A stretch of DNA of 64,000 bases from Nitrospirota bacterium (lineage in GTDB: Bacteria; Nitrospirota; UBA9217). Positions 31,321-41,740 of the stretch are shown here, piece after piece; positions within the stretch are counted from its first letter, which is position 1; each line of letters begins with the position of its first letter. The notes under the pieces were generated by a model, which was not told where the DNA came from, searched no databases, and saw only the letters and a program-made list of their open reading frames with translations. The translations under genes were made by a program, and so were the position numbers. Location: assembly GCA_963845065.1 (NCBI GenBank), contig CAWJQQ010000006.1, forward strand, positions 64,001 to 128,000, read 5' to 3'.

Positions 31321-32196
31321 TCACGACTTTCGAAGCGATTCACACCATCCCTCAATTATCGTCCTCATTTCTACGGGCCTCTCGGTCGGTATCCAGTGGT
31401 GCGAATCGAGCACAACAGTCGTGCATTTCTCAAGCATCTTACAGAGTTCCCGTGCAATGGTTGGATCGCTGAACACCTTCCCTGTAGAAAACATGAGCAG
31501 CATAGGCCTTCTGATATCAAGAAGAGAGGGAAGTGGCCGGCTGAGCTCACGCAAGCTCTGGAGATAGGCTGTCGTCGGCAGAAACTTCAAATCATGACAG
31601 ATCGATGCGTAGCGTTTCGTGATTGCATCGGCTTTCCCTTGTGATCTCATCAATTCACGCATTTCCCTGTCCAGTTCGCGGAGGTCCAAATGCGGCAGAC
31701 GCCGGCGGTAGAGACCCACACGATTCAGCAGTCCAAGGGTCGCGATGATTGGTGACAGTAAAATAGTATAGGGCTGGATCTTTTTTAAAGCACCAGCAAA
31801 GGAGCGGGGAAAGAGCGGCTCGATCAGCACCAGACCTTCTGTTCTGTCTGAATGACGAATCGCAAAATGGAGCGCTAAGTTAGCGCCCAGGCAGTGGCCC
31901 ACGAGGACGGCGCGGGAATAGCCTTCGGCAGCGAGAATGGCGACAAGATCATCGCACCACGTTTCCATGGTGATAGGGCCTCGAAAGACCGATCTACCGT
32001 TGCCCCGTAGATCGATTCGAACAATATCCCGGGAACTCCTGAGCGAACTCTCTTCCACAAATTCTGACCAGCGTGTTAGATTGCTTGCCATGCCGTGGAT
32101 TAGGATAACGACATCCCGCGGTGCTGATCCTCGGAGGATCCGATAGGCTATCGTCGCACCATCGCGGAGGGTTAATGTGCGGGAAGTTTCGATCAT
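31321..32196 (-). CDS. Alpha/beta-fold hydrolase (Cys at nucleophile elbow)
   Basis: LIHGMASN, IDLRGNG, GHCLGA, C-terminal HW. Confidence 0.85.
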   Translation of the reverse strand: MIETSRTLTLRDGATIAYRILRGSAPRDVVILIHGMASNLTRWSEFVEESSLRSSRDIVRIDLRGNGRSVFRGPITMETWCDDLVAILAAEGYSRAVLVGHCLGANLALHFAIRHSDRTEGLVLIEPLFPRSFAGALKKIQPYTILLSPIIATLGLLNRVGLYRRRLPHLDLRELDREMRELMRSQGKADAITKRYASICHDLKFLPTTAYLQSLRELSRPLPSLLDIRRPMLLMFSTGKVFSDPTIARELCKMLEKCTTVVLDSHHWIPTERPVEMRTIIEGWCESLRKS

Positions 32197-32238
32197 CGTC
32201 CCTGCCTGATTAGGTTAACTTTCTCCCCTTTATGAGGA

Positions 32239-33060
32239 TCAGGGGCACTCGCCCCTTCGGGCCATAGTCAGATCTACAGGATGATCGAGCGCCTCTCGGA
32301 TATCGGGGATGACCTCCAGAGCGGCCCGATGTCCTTCGGCGATCAGTTCGTCCATCTGTTTCACGTCTATACGCCGGAATCTGGATAGACGCGGTTCGAT
32401 CACCAAGTCGGCGAGCTTTACCTGCACTTTCATGTTCTCGTCGATGGCGATATCGAAGGCATTAAATAGGATATCAATGATATCCTCGGGCACGCGGTAC
32501 TTGCGCTCCGCACTCAGGTTTACGGCCACGACCACGCCGGCGCCCATGGGACGAAGAGGAGAAATAGGCACGTCCTCTATGATCCCTCCATCCATCAACA
32601 TCCTGCCGTCGACACGTACCGGCAAATAGATACCCGCCATCGCGCTGCTCGCCATGACTGCCTGAGCGACTTTGCCTTCTCGCAGCACAACTTTTTTTCC
32701 ACTGCTGATGTCCGTTGCCATGATTGCAAGGGGTATGGACGCGTCTTCAATTCTAGCCTCGCCGATAGCGGCCATAATGAGTTTTCCAAGTTCTTCATTC
32801 GAGAACAGCGCAAACCGTGAGAGTTTCAGCTTCGAGACATTGAGCGGGGTCATGCCCTGTCCTATGCGGCGGATCTCGGGAAGCGATACACCGAAGGCAT
32901 ACAGCGCCGCAGCAAACGCACCAATGCTCGTGCCGGAAAGATAATCCGGGCGAATGCGGTTCTCTTCAAGGGCCTGAAGCACTCCAATGTGTGCAAGACC
33001 GCGCGTGGCACCACCACTCAAAGCAACACCGAGTTTCTGTTTTACGGATGACATACTCAT
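32239..33060 (-). CDS. Patatin-like phospholipase (RssA type)
   Basis: LSGGATRGLAHIG, GTSIG, DGG. Confidence 0.92.
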   Translation of the reverse strand: MSMSSVKQKLGVALSGGATRGLAHIGVLQALEENRIRPDYLSGTSIGAFAAALYAFGVSLPEIRRIGQGMTPLNVSKLKLSRFALFSNEELGKLIMAAIGEARIEDASIPLAIMATDISSGKKVVLREGKVAQAVMASSAMAGIYLPVRVDGRMLMDGGIIEDVPISPLRPMGAGVVVAVNLSAERKYRVPEDIIDILFNAFDIAIDENMKVQVKLADLVIEPRLSRFRRIDVKQMDELIAEGHRAALEVIPDIREALDHPVDLTMARRGECP

Positions 33061-33378
33061 GGAGATCGACGTTCGACGTGCGGTTCAAGGTGACCGGGGA
33101 CATTTGCTGTATAGATGCTTTGAAGCTCGTGGGCAACACTGAAAATGACAGGGGAGGGGAGCAGCGTGAAAGATATAATTGCATCCAATCTGCTTAGCAT
33201 CTCGTCTCTGTGCTTCATAACGGAACCCGATCTCTCTGAAAGCAAAATAGGTGTGTCTTTCGACGTACTGCTCCTATTCAGTTATTACTATAGGTTGTTT
33301 GCTGACACTTGTCAAGAAATCGAACCAGGACGGATTCGACACAAACTCTCGAGCCAAAATGTTCAACGCTAAAACGGC

Positions 33379-34014
33379 TCATTTGATGAAGGACAATGGG
33401 GTTGCGAGCGCCTTGCGAAGAGTCTTGGAAGTGCCGAAACGCTCCTTGAATTGTGTATCAGCCCACTGATAGTCATCCCGTATCATCACGGCTTTTATGT
33501 TATTATTTTCATCGCGGTAATATTGGATCGTGCCGACATAGACGGCTTCATCATCGGGCTTAATTTCGATCTGGAGAGGACTACTAAACGTGTGGTATGT
33601 GATATAGTAGGGAAGATCGAACTCTGTATAGAATGTGCCTCCAGACACGAAAAAAGTCGAGCCCTTCTCGGCCTTGATGAAAAATTCTTTCTCAAGCGTC
33701 GTTGCATAGGAGCCCTCGAATGTGGCCGGCCTGCTCATGGTAAAATCCCTTAGTCGACTCCCCCCGTAAAGGATAAACGCGTTTCTAAATTCCTCGCCGC
33801 TCGGCGATTTGAGCGTTTGCTCTCCTTCCTGGAGCGGCGGATGCAATTCTATCCGCCCCACGATAATTGCCTGATCTGGCGCTACAAACATCAAGCTCGT
33901 GACCTGCGGTTCCGGCTGCACGGCCCCTATTGCCATCATTGTACATGCACAACCCGACAGTGCAGCAATGAGAAAGGATACCAGAGAGAGGAGCTTTACA
34001 AGTCGATCATGCAT
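33379..34014 (-). CDS. Hypothetical lipoprotein
   Basis: Signal peptide with LSGC lipobox; 211-aa ORF co-oriented with its neighbours. Confidence 0.7.
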   Translation of the reverse strand: MHDRLVKLLSLVSFLIAALSGCACTMMAIGAVQPEPQVTSLMFVAPDQAIIVGRIELHPPLQEGEQTLKSPSGEEFRNAFILYGGSRLRDFTMSRPATFEGSYATTLEKEFFIKAEKGSTFFVSGGTFYTEFDLPYYITYHTFSSPLQIEIKPDDEAVYVGTIQYYRDENNNIKAVMIRDDYQWADTQFKERFGTSKTLRKALATPLSFIK

Positions 34015-34030
34015 TCAGTTCCACCACGCC

Positions 34031-34501
34031 TTATCCGACAATCGTCACAATCAGGCCAGATGCCAGGATCGCGATCCTTTGGCTAACCGTTCCGAGGGTG
34101 TTCTTCGGCGAGTGGTGGAACCTACCAACCACGATGGTATCGTAGCCACCGTCTCTGGCCTCTTCGATGATGCTGTCTGCTACGTCTGTCGAATCAGAGA
34201 CGAATTTTATCTGGACCCGGCTCGAGGGAATCCCCTTAGAATTCAACACATCCACGGCCTTCTTGAACAATGGCTCCATTTTCCCCCTCTGAGCATCCAA
34301 CCATTTATCCACGACCTTTTTCCGATCCCTCTTCTCGTCGTCGGAAAGAATGTGCCCTTCATCCCAGAAAATGGCAGGAAGGTTCGGCAGGATGTGTACA
34401 AGGCCGATCTGAACGCTATCAGCCGCGAACTGCTGCGCAACGTACTCAACTGCCTTCATTGCGCTCGAAGAATCATTAATTGCTATAAGCATTTTCCCCA
34501 T
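34031..34501 (-). CDS. Universal stress protein
   Basis: KMLIAINDSSSAMKAVEY, DTIVVGR, LGTVSQRI; SD GGAGG before ATG 34501. Confidence 0.88.
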   Translation of the reverse strand: MGKMLIAINDSSSAMKAVEYVAQQFAADSVQIGLVHILPNLPAIFWDEGHILSDDEKRDRKKVVDKWLDAQRGKMEPLFKKAVDVLNSKGIPSSRVQIKFVSDSTDVADSIIEEARDGGYDTIVVGRFHHSPKNTLGTVSQRIAILASGLIVTIVG

Positions 34502-34993
34502 TTCACTTTCCTCCAAAAAAATTGGCTTGCAGCCCAGGCGACGTCGCCCGCTACAGCTTCGCCAGAATGATTCGATACAGTCAAGAACCCCGCGTCCAGA
34601 CGTGGGGCATGTAAGCACAGCATAAAGATGCCGTAAAAGCTACGTCTACGCCGATGGCCTCGAAGGATTGGGTGACTACCAGCCCCCTAATGACCACCTG
34701 GCAAGGATGCCATTAATCACTGTGTCAAGACAGTGGCATGTTTTCGTCAATGATGTTAAAACCGGTGAAGGCCATCCTGCTTTTGTCCCTCTGACACACC
34801 CAACGTAGCTTATGAACTGACTACTATGGGTCGGTGATCGCGGATCTTGAAATTGCCCCCGATAGTTTGCGTCCGGTAGCCGGCATGCGTTGGAATTGGA
34901 CAGTACTATCGCCTTTATAAAATATCCTAAGAGAAAGATAATATATATTATTTGAAAAGGCAAGGTGGCAAAAGAAAAAATGACCGTAATATG

Positions 34994-35833
34994 TTATTCG
35001 ACGCTACTTCCCAGGATTGTCCGCACGAATTGTTCGGCTATGCGGCCATTCCTGCCCCCGGCGCCAAGTGCCCACTGAATCGCCAAACGGTCGAGCTTGT
35101 CCTTGACGATGCTGACCCCGTACTTCTCTGCATAGGATGCAACAATTTCAAGGTAAGTGTCCTGTGAGAAATGGTAAAAGCCGAGCCGCAGGCCGAACCG
35201 ATCTACGAGCGAGACTTTCTCCTCGACCGTGTCCGAGGGCCGAATCTCATCACTCTCGTTGTCCGAGAACTTCGTGGGAATCAGGTGCTTCCGGTTCGAC
35301 GTTGCGTAAAATAGTACGTTTTCAGGGATCTCTTCAAGACCGCCGTCCATGATCGTTTTCATTTCTTTGTAATCCATCTGGCTCTCTTCGAACGACAAGT
35401 CATCGATAAACAGAATGAACCGATAAGACCGGTTCCGCCAGAGGAGATCGTACAGGTCCTGAATGGTAAGGATATCATGCTTGTATATTTGGATCATCCT
35501 AAGCGTCGTGCCGTCGAAGACCGTAAGGAGGGCCTTCATGAGCGACGACTTACCTGTGCCACGCTCGCCCCAGAGCAACACGTTATTCGCTTTCCGGCCA
35601 TTGATAAAATTCTTCGTGTTGTTCACGATCTCTTTTTTGATGGAATCGATGCCGATTAGATCGTCCAGGTCGATCTGGACCGGTCTCTTAATGGGTTTCG
35701 TTGTCTTACGCTTCCCGTCCCAGATGAAGGCATGGTATATCGAGAAACAAGAATCTTCCGGCCCATTATCCACGTAGCGGTCGAGCAGTTTATCGAGTTT
35801 GAATAACAGTTGTCCGATCTTCGGTTTTACCAT
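34994..35833 (-). CDS. DUF815-family AAA+ ATPase
   Basis: NNVLLWGERGTGKSS, FIDDLSFE, YATSNRKHL, EEKVSLVDRFGL. Confidence 0.9.
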   Translation of the reverse strand: MVKPKIGQLLFKLDKLLDRYVDNGPEDSCFSIYHAFIWDGKRKTTKPIKRPVQIDLDDLIGIDSIKKEIVNNTKNFINGRKANNVLLWGERGTGKSSLMKALLTVFDGTTLRMIQIYKHDILTIQDLYDLLWRNRSYRFILFIDDLSFEESQMDYKEMKTIMDGGLEEIPENVLFYATSNRKHLIPTKFSDNESDEIRPSDTVEEKVSLVDRFGLRLGFYHFSQDTYLEIVASYAEKYGVSIVKDKLDRLAIQWALGAGGRNGRIAEQFVRTILGSSVE

Positions 35834-35947
35834 AGTAAATTCAGGAATAAGCAGAGTAACTATAAGCGACATCGTCGTACATTGTAAGCTCCACACCATG
35901 TTCATGCATTGTTAATGATTTTTTTAAATATTTCTATACCAGTATAC

Positions 35948-35977
35948 AAAAAGGGGATGACGTGAAATCATCCCCTG
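35948..35977 (-). terminator. Intrinsic terminator after ahbD
   Basis: GGGGATGA/TCATCCCC stem followed by a T-tract on the minus strand. Confidence 0.7.
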
Positions 35978-36001
35978 AGTAAGCGAACGTCGCCCCCTCT
36001 T

Positions 36002-37120
36002 CTACTTCTTTGCCATCACCGGCTCATACGTGCAGAACGGTTCAGCCGCAAGGTAGTCGCCGGAGATGGCATAGGCCCTCGCGCGACAGCCACCGCAGAC
36101 TCGGCGGTACTCGCAAACGCCGCACTTGCCATGATAGTGGTCGAGGTCGCGCATTTGCGAAAAAAGCTGCGATGTGTTCCATATTTTTGAAAAAGGCTCT
36201 TTCTTGATATCTCCCGCCTCTTCCTCGAGAAAACCACAGATCTGCACCTTGCCAACATGCGACACAAAGGCGAAGCTCTGGCCACCCATGCAGCCTTTAG
36301 TCATGGCATCGAAACCGTGGGATTCCGGCGTCACGATCTTTCCCTTTTCCTTCTCCCCCTGGCGGAAAATGCGGTAGTAGTGTGGGGCGCAGGTGGGCTT
36401 GAACTGAATCGGCACCTTGTCTCGCATCTCGTAGAACCACTTGAGCGTGCTCTCGTATTCCGCGGGCGGTATTTCCTGATCCGCTAGATCCTTGCCACGG
36501 CCTGTAGGTACGAGCAAAAAGGGATGGTAGGCTACGGCCCCAAGGTTAATCACCATTTCAAGCAGCTTCGGCAGATCCTTTACATTATGTTTTGTGATGG
36601 TGGTGTTCACCTGAAACTCCATACCGACCTTCTTAAAGTTCTCAATGGCTTTCATCACGCCCTCAAAGGCACCTTCTACACGGCGGAAAGCGTTGTGGCT
36701 GTTTGCGTCCAGACCGTCGATCGAAAGCGACACGCGCATGATGCCCGAGTTCTTGATCTTCTGCGCAAGCGCTTCGGTCACGAGCAGACCGCAGGGTGCC
36801 ATAACCATACGCAGACCGAGCTTGGTGCCATACTGTGCGATATCGTAAATGTCAGGCCGCATCATGGGCTCGCCGCCGGTCAAGATGATGATAGGATTGC
36901 TGAAGGACTTGACGTCGTCAAGGAAGCGGTAACACTCTTCGGTATTGAGTTCACCCGCATAGGGGCCGTACTTTGCGGCGGCCCGACAGTGGATGCAGTT
37001 CAAGACGCAGCTTCTCGTCACTTCCCAAGCTATCAGCCGTGGTAAATATTTTTTTTCTTTGCCCTCTCCCGCGGGATGGCCATGCCCGTGAGTTGCTTCG
37101 GTTGCATGAGGATGGGACAT
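36002..37120 (-). CDS. ahbD: Radical SAM/SPASM haem b synthase (AhbD/NirJ family)
   Basis: PRLIAWEVTRSCVLNCIHCRA, FLLVPTGRG, KPTCAPHYYR, GKCGVCEYRRVCGGCRARA. Confidence 0.85.
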   Translation of the reverse strand: MSHPHATEATHGHGHPAGEGKEKKYLPRLIAWEVTRSCVLNCIHCRAAAKYGPYAGELNTEECYRFLDDVKSFSNPIIILTGGEPMMRPDIYDIAQYGTKLGLRMVMAPCGLLVTEALAQKIKNSGIMRVSLSIDGLDANSHNAFRRVEGAFEGVMKAIENFKKVGMEFQVNTTITKHNVKDLPKLLEMVINLGAVAYHPFLLVPTGRGKDLADQEIPPAEYESTLKWFYEMRDKVPIQFKPTCAPHYYRIFRQGEKEKGKIVTPESHGFDAMTKGCMGGQSFAFVSHVGKVQICGFLEEEAGDIKKEPFSKIWNTSQLFSQMRDLDHYHGKCGVCEYRRVCGGCRARAYAISGDYLAAEPFCTYEPVMAKK

Positions 37121-37339
37121 TGAAACTCCTTTATATGAAGTTTTCACTACTAAGCCACGAAGTGTATATAAGAGGGCTGAGGTCGAGATGTTGTAAGTGA
37201 CTTCACGCCTTCGTAACACGGTTCTTAATGATATTTACAACGGGTATATTAACCAATCAGGCGGGAATAGTAAAGACAAATTCAGACGAAGACTGGTCAT
37301 CGCCGACCCTGTTAATCGGTCACCTTGTTCGCTCTGACA

Positions 37340-37500
37340 TGAGGGGGATGGCGTACTGACACGGTTTCTTTCTTCCTTGGCTCTTTAGAGAATGTCGCCG
37401 GCACGCTGATCAAATCTTCCAGCTTGTTGCCCGGCACCGGTTGTCACATGCCAATACCGATACTGATGGCCACATTGATGTAACAGCCGGTCTACTCGAA
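37340..37500 (-). pseudogene. C-terminal remnant of a GGDEF domain
   Basis: INVAISIGIG..LEDLI / QRAGDIL*RAKEERNRV, with stops and a frameshift. Confidence 0.55.
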
Positions 37501-37773
37501 ATCAGCCTTTTTGATCGAACTTCTCTTCTGCGTATCGGGCATGTAAATCGCTGTCCCTAAGTAGTCAGTTAATATGGTTGAAACACTTGCGATAACCTCA
37601 CCTGAAGTCTCACTTGCAAAACGTTCAGAATGCAAAGATATACAACGTTTTTTGATCTTAATAATTCATACACACTTAAATCGACTGAGGCTCCGGTCTT
37701 CTCCTAATTTGCCCGAAAATGGTCCGGGTTACTATCCTACAGTGTTCTCTGAATCATCTGCAGGAAAATGGAC

Positions 37774-38427
37774 TTATCGCTTCATTGGCACGAATATTGT
37801 TTTTAACAGTGCAAGGTCATGAATGATATAGTCCGGCCCGGCCATCCGCAGCTCGCTTTCGGAGCGGAAACCGTAAGTCACAGAACAGGTCATAATACCT
37901 GCGGCTTTGCCGGCACGGATGTCTGTTGTCCCGTCACCCACGATCAAAGTCTGATCCTTTGGCACTTTAAATTCCGCCATCATCCGCTGCAACGAATCCG
38001 GCGCCGGTTTAAGCGGCAATCCAAAATCCGCGCCGATGATCATAGCAAAATACTGACCGATGCCAAGGTCGTCGAGCAGGGGCCGGATAAACTCCAAGGT
38101 TTTGTTGCTGATCACAACCATTGGAATCGACGAAAAATATTCTAGTGTTTCCCGGACTGCGGGATACAGTGAAGAGTGGACGGCAAGGTTCTGCCTGTGG
38201 TGTTCACGGTAAATCGCGACGGCATCGGCAAGTCGTACGGCCACCCCGCTGAGGGAACGCATCATCAGTACTTCAATCCCATCCCCAACGTACTGACGCA
38301 CGATTTCAGTCGGGAGTGGCGGTCTGCCCAGGCGATCAAGCGTGTAATTGACCGATGCCGCGATGTCGTCAAGTGTGTTCACGAGGGTACCGTCAAGGTC
38401 GAATATGAGCAAGCTGATGGGCATCAT
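37774..38427 (-). CDS. HAD-family phosphatase (phosphoglycolate phosphatase-like)
   Basis: IFDLDGTLV, SNK, KPAP, VGDGTTDI. Confidence 0.9.
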   Translation of the reverse strand: MMPISLLIFDLDGTLVNTLDDIAASVNYTLDRLGRPPLPTEIVRQYVGDGIEVLMMRSLSGVAVRLADAVAIYREHHRQNLAVHSSLYPAVRETLEYFSSIPMVVISNKTLEFIRPLLDDLGIGQYFAMIIGADFGLPLKPAPDSLQRMMAEFKVPKDQTLIVGDGTTDIRAGKAAGIMTCSVTYGFRSESELRMAGPDYIIHDLALLKTIFVPMKR

Positions 38428-38603
38428 AAGGCAGATATAATATCGCAGATCCCGGCTTTATTAGGATACTCAGGTAAATCGTTGATAGAAACACCTGGCT
38501 TTCGCCTGTGTCTATATCGGTGTGTCCAACGTGTCGGACTGGTCGTTTTAATATGCATAGGCTTCGGATTGCCCCCTGCCAGGGTTTTGAAACTGGATTT
38601 TCA

Positions 38604-39476
38604 CTAGGCCTTCGCCATTCCCAGATAATTCATGGGGTTGTCCGAGGCAAACTGAATCACCCGCTCCGCCGGCACTCCAAGCGTGATCAAATTCCTAATT
38701 GCGTCCGCCAGGGTAATACCGCTGCCCAAAAGCGTGCCGCCCGCTCCCCGTATGGGGCCATTCCCCCAGCCCGGGCCCATGACCGAATCCGAAATCAATA
38801 TGATCTTGTCGGGAGATTTCATTTCAAAGATCATCTTGAGGCTCTGCGGATGGAGGTGTGCAAGGTCGCCGATAACCTCAACATAAATATCTTCGTCCAT
38901 GAGTCCGAACCCCGCGAGTCCCGGTTCTCGATGATGAAATCCGCGCATGGCATTAAATAGGTGAGTAATGCCCGTGGCGCCCGCCTGTTTGCCTTCTTCC
39001 GCCTGCTCGATCGACGCATCACTGTGGCCCATCTGCACCAGAAAACCTTTTTCCCGGGAGAGCTCAATGACCTTGAGGGCTCCCGGCAGCTCTGGGGCGA
39101 TGGTAATGACCTTGATGATGTCCTCGAAGTCCTCTATGAGTTGCTTGAATGTCTCAACCGAGGGATCGGAAAAACTTTTTCCATCGAGTGATCCCGCACG
39201 TTCAGGATTAAGGAAAGGCCCTTCAAGGTGCACACCGAGGATGGTAGCGCCTTCCCGTTGGGCTATCATGGCCCTACGGATAGCACCCATGTGCTCGCGC
39301 ATGATTTCTATGGATCCGGGATAAATCGTAGGAAGGAGAGCGGATGTGCCATGCTGGCCGTGGATAAGAGCCACCTGCAGGATATCATCCTGCCGTCGAG
39401 TGCGAGTGTCGTATTTCTCGGCACCGTGAACGTGGATATCAACGAGATACTGTTTTGTTCCGACTGAGTAAGCCAT
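38604..39476 (-). CDS. nagA: N-acetylglucosamine-6-phosphate deacetylase (short form)
   Basis: VDIHVHG, GVHLEGPFL, GHSDA, THLFNAM, HHREPG, LISDS. Confidence 0.85.
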   Translation of the reverse strand: MAYSVGTKQYLVDIHVHGAEKYDTRTRRQDDILQVALIHGQHGTSALLPTIYPGSIEIMREHMGAIRRAMIAQREGATILGVHLEGPFLNPERAGSLDGKSFSDPSVETFKQLIEDFEDIIKVITIAPELPGALKVIELSREKGFLVQMGHSDASIEQAEEGKQAGATGITHLFNAMRGFHHREPGLAGFGLMDEDIYVEVIGDLAHLHPQSLKMIFEMKSPDKIILISDSVMGPGWGNGPIRGAGGTLLGSGITLADAIRNLITLGVPAERVIQFASDNPMNYLGMAKA

Positions 39477-39654
39477 GGTTCACTGTTGCTCCAAATGTAT
39501 TGATACGTATTTGGAGTCCTTTCGCTCTCAGCTTGACAATATCCGGTACTGATAAATCATCCGGATAAAGTTCTTGAGTCCGGATTGGATGGTCTTAACC
39601 GACTTCTTTCCTACAGTATCCCTGACTTTGAGGTTAGACGTAAAACGCGTTATC

Positions 39655-40001
39655 TCAACGCGAAACAAAACATTCTGCGGGACTTCAGAGTGGATACCAT
39701 TAAGGGAGTTTATTTTGCTTTTGTCGCTCTTAAGGATCTCTTGTTGTCGCATCCTGGCAAGCCCCTTGACAGTATTTTCAAAAACGTTTTTTCCGTCTAC
39801 GATACATGAATTATAAAGTATCCGACAGGCATCAAGGGTTTGTGTAAGTATCAATGCCTGTTTTTTCGTAGGATAGGGGCGGTATTTATAAGTTTTTATT
39901 TTCAACATTGCAATACTGTAAAAGATAGCACATGGATCAAATCTTGTCAAAAATGTCGCCTTTCATCCCCTCCCTTACAAAAGGAAATTCCCGGCGATAA
40001 G
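39655..40001 (-). mobile_element. tnpB: IS1341-type element copy 3: left end plus first ~85 tnpB codons only
   Basis: TTTAA at 40006-40002; left end nearly identical to copy 1; MLKIKTYKYRPYPTKKQ..QNVLFRVE, then homology stops. Confidence 0.88.
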
Positions 40002-40147
40002 TTAAATATCTCCATCATAAATGCAATAATCAGTAAATACTGCTACTCCGATGTAACAATGCACTCTATGAAGCTAAGAATGGGGACCAGGGAACACCGA
40101 CGGCTCTTCTCTTCTCCGATGCCCCGCTTGACATGGTCGTATCTATT

Positions 40148-40390
40148 CTACGTAATTTTTCCCCTTCGCGAAAAAAATTCGCTTAATGCAAGTCGAACCA
40201 CGGCCCCACGGTCCCAGGGCTGCTTAAGGTCCCTGGTGATTTCAGCCGCAACTTCGTCGAGGGCATCGAGATGCTCGTCTTCAAGCAGCAGCGTCACTTC
40301 TACCAGACCGTGGTGCTCATGCCCCTCGTGCTCATGGCTGTGATGGCCCTGCTGATGGTGCTTGTCTGTATGGTCGTGTTTGTCGCTCAT
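40148..40390 (-). CDS. Small His-rich ribbon-helix-helix-like protein
   Basis: MSDKHDHTDKHHQQGHHSHEHEGHEHH followed by VTLLLEDEHLDALDEVA..DRGAVVRLALSEF. Confidence 0.7.
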   Translation of the reverse strand: MSDKHDHTDKHHQQGHHSHEHEGHEHHGLVEVTLLLEDEHLDALDEVAAEITRDLKQPWDRGAVVRLALSEFFSRRGKIT

Positions 40391-40458
40391 AATCACCTCT
40401 AATAAACAATGAAGGAGGGGTACAATGCGCATGAAGCAGTCTTGCTCCCTGCTTTTTG

Positions 40459-41389
40459 CTAAAATAGCACCCTCGTCATCAACGGCATAGTGAAAAACAA
40501 TGCGGCCGTAGAAAAAGCAATGCAGGCCGCGGCAAGGGGAACGTCGAGTTCCAGTTCGTCGGCAAGCACGAGGGAAACGACCATCACCGGCATAGCTCCC
40601 TCAATAGTCACTGCCTTCAGTTTGTCACCAGTCAGTCCCAGCCATGAACCAACCCGCCAGGCGAAGATTGGCGAGAGCAGCAGCTTGATGGCCAGCGCCG
40701 GCGCCGCAAGCGGTAGCCGTTTCATATCGCGAAAGTCGAGCGCCAGGCCCACGGTAAACGTCATGATCGGGATGACCGCCTTGCCCATGAGGGCAGTAGT
40801 GTCCAGCAGTACCCGCGGGAGGGTAACGCCTCCTAAATTCACTGCTATGCCGGCGATAACTCCCCAGAGTGGTGGAAGTGCGACCACACGTTTGAGAGAT
40901 GCAGAAACAGAAGGCGTTTTCCCGCTTCCATACCGTGCCGAGATGAATGCACCAAATGTCAGTAGAAGAGGAGAGTGCGCCAGCAGATCATAGAGAATCG
41001 CCACATATGCACTCTTGGCGCCGAGCACCTCGGTAATGACAGGGAGCCCCAAATACGTAACGTTGCCATAGCTTGCTGCAAGCATCATCACGCCAAACGC
41101 TGAACGCGGAACGTTCCTGAACCATGGCACCAGTCGGTAAACTGCAAAACCGGTCGCAGTGCACAGAACCACTGCAATTATAGCGACGAGCGGAATGAGG
41201 AAAAAGCTTCGGTCGATGCTGGTCGTTGCCAATAGACCGAAAGCAAGCGCGGGCATGAAAAAATAGAGTACCGTAGCACTCAGTGTATGCCGGACCTGCT
41301 GACGGTCAAGACCTCCAGGGTTAAAAAACCGCCATGCATATCCTGCAGCCATGATCATTCCGAATGAGTAGAGGACTTTATTGATGCAT
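40459..41389 (-). CDS. AEC (auxin efflux carrier)-family transporter; apparent frameshift just after the SD-supported ATG (in-frame ORF from 41358)
   Basis: YFFMPALAF, YGNVTYLGLP, LPPLWG, KLLLSP, EGAMP; about 10 TM segments. Confidence 0.85.
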
Positions 41390-41432
41390 TCCTCCTTCTT
41401 TTTTGTTTTATTATACCAGCAAATCCATTAGA

Positions 41433-41700
41433 CTAGGCCAATTTGCTCTTTATTTTATTGTATACAATTTTTTGAGAAGATGCCGACAAATGCGGCTTGG
41501 TACTGATTATAGATGGCCTGGGCCAACGCATCGGACGGACCGATCTTCTGTGCTCGATTCCAGTCTTTTTGGGCGTCCACCAGCTTCTTTTTATCTGGAG
41601 TACGTTGGCCTCGGCCTGCTTTAATTGGGCCTTGGCAGCTTCCATAGCGGCGGCATAGAGTGAATCACCAATTTTCGCAAGCACTGTGCCCTTTTCTCCT
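41433..41700 (-). pseudogene. Fragment of an efflux periplasmic adaptor (MacA/HlyD-like)
   Basis: KGTVLAKIGDSLYAAAMEAAKAQLKQAEANV lipoyl/coiled-coil junction; similarity lost afterwards. Confidence 0.6.
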
Positions 41701-41740
41701 TATATGCTTGATCTTCAAGGGGATATTACTCCAATTTTTA

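Noticed and set aside
33057..33245. 62-aa ORF overlapping the patatin start
   Set aside because: No recognisable motif; coding status cannot be supported.
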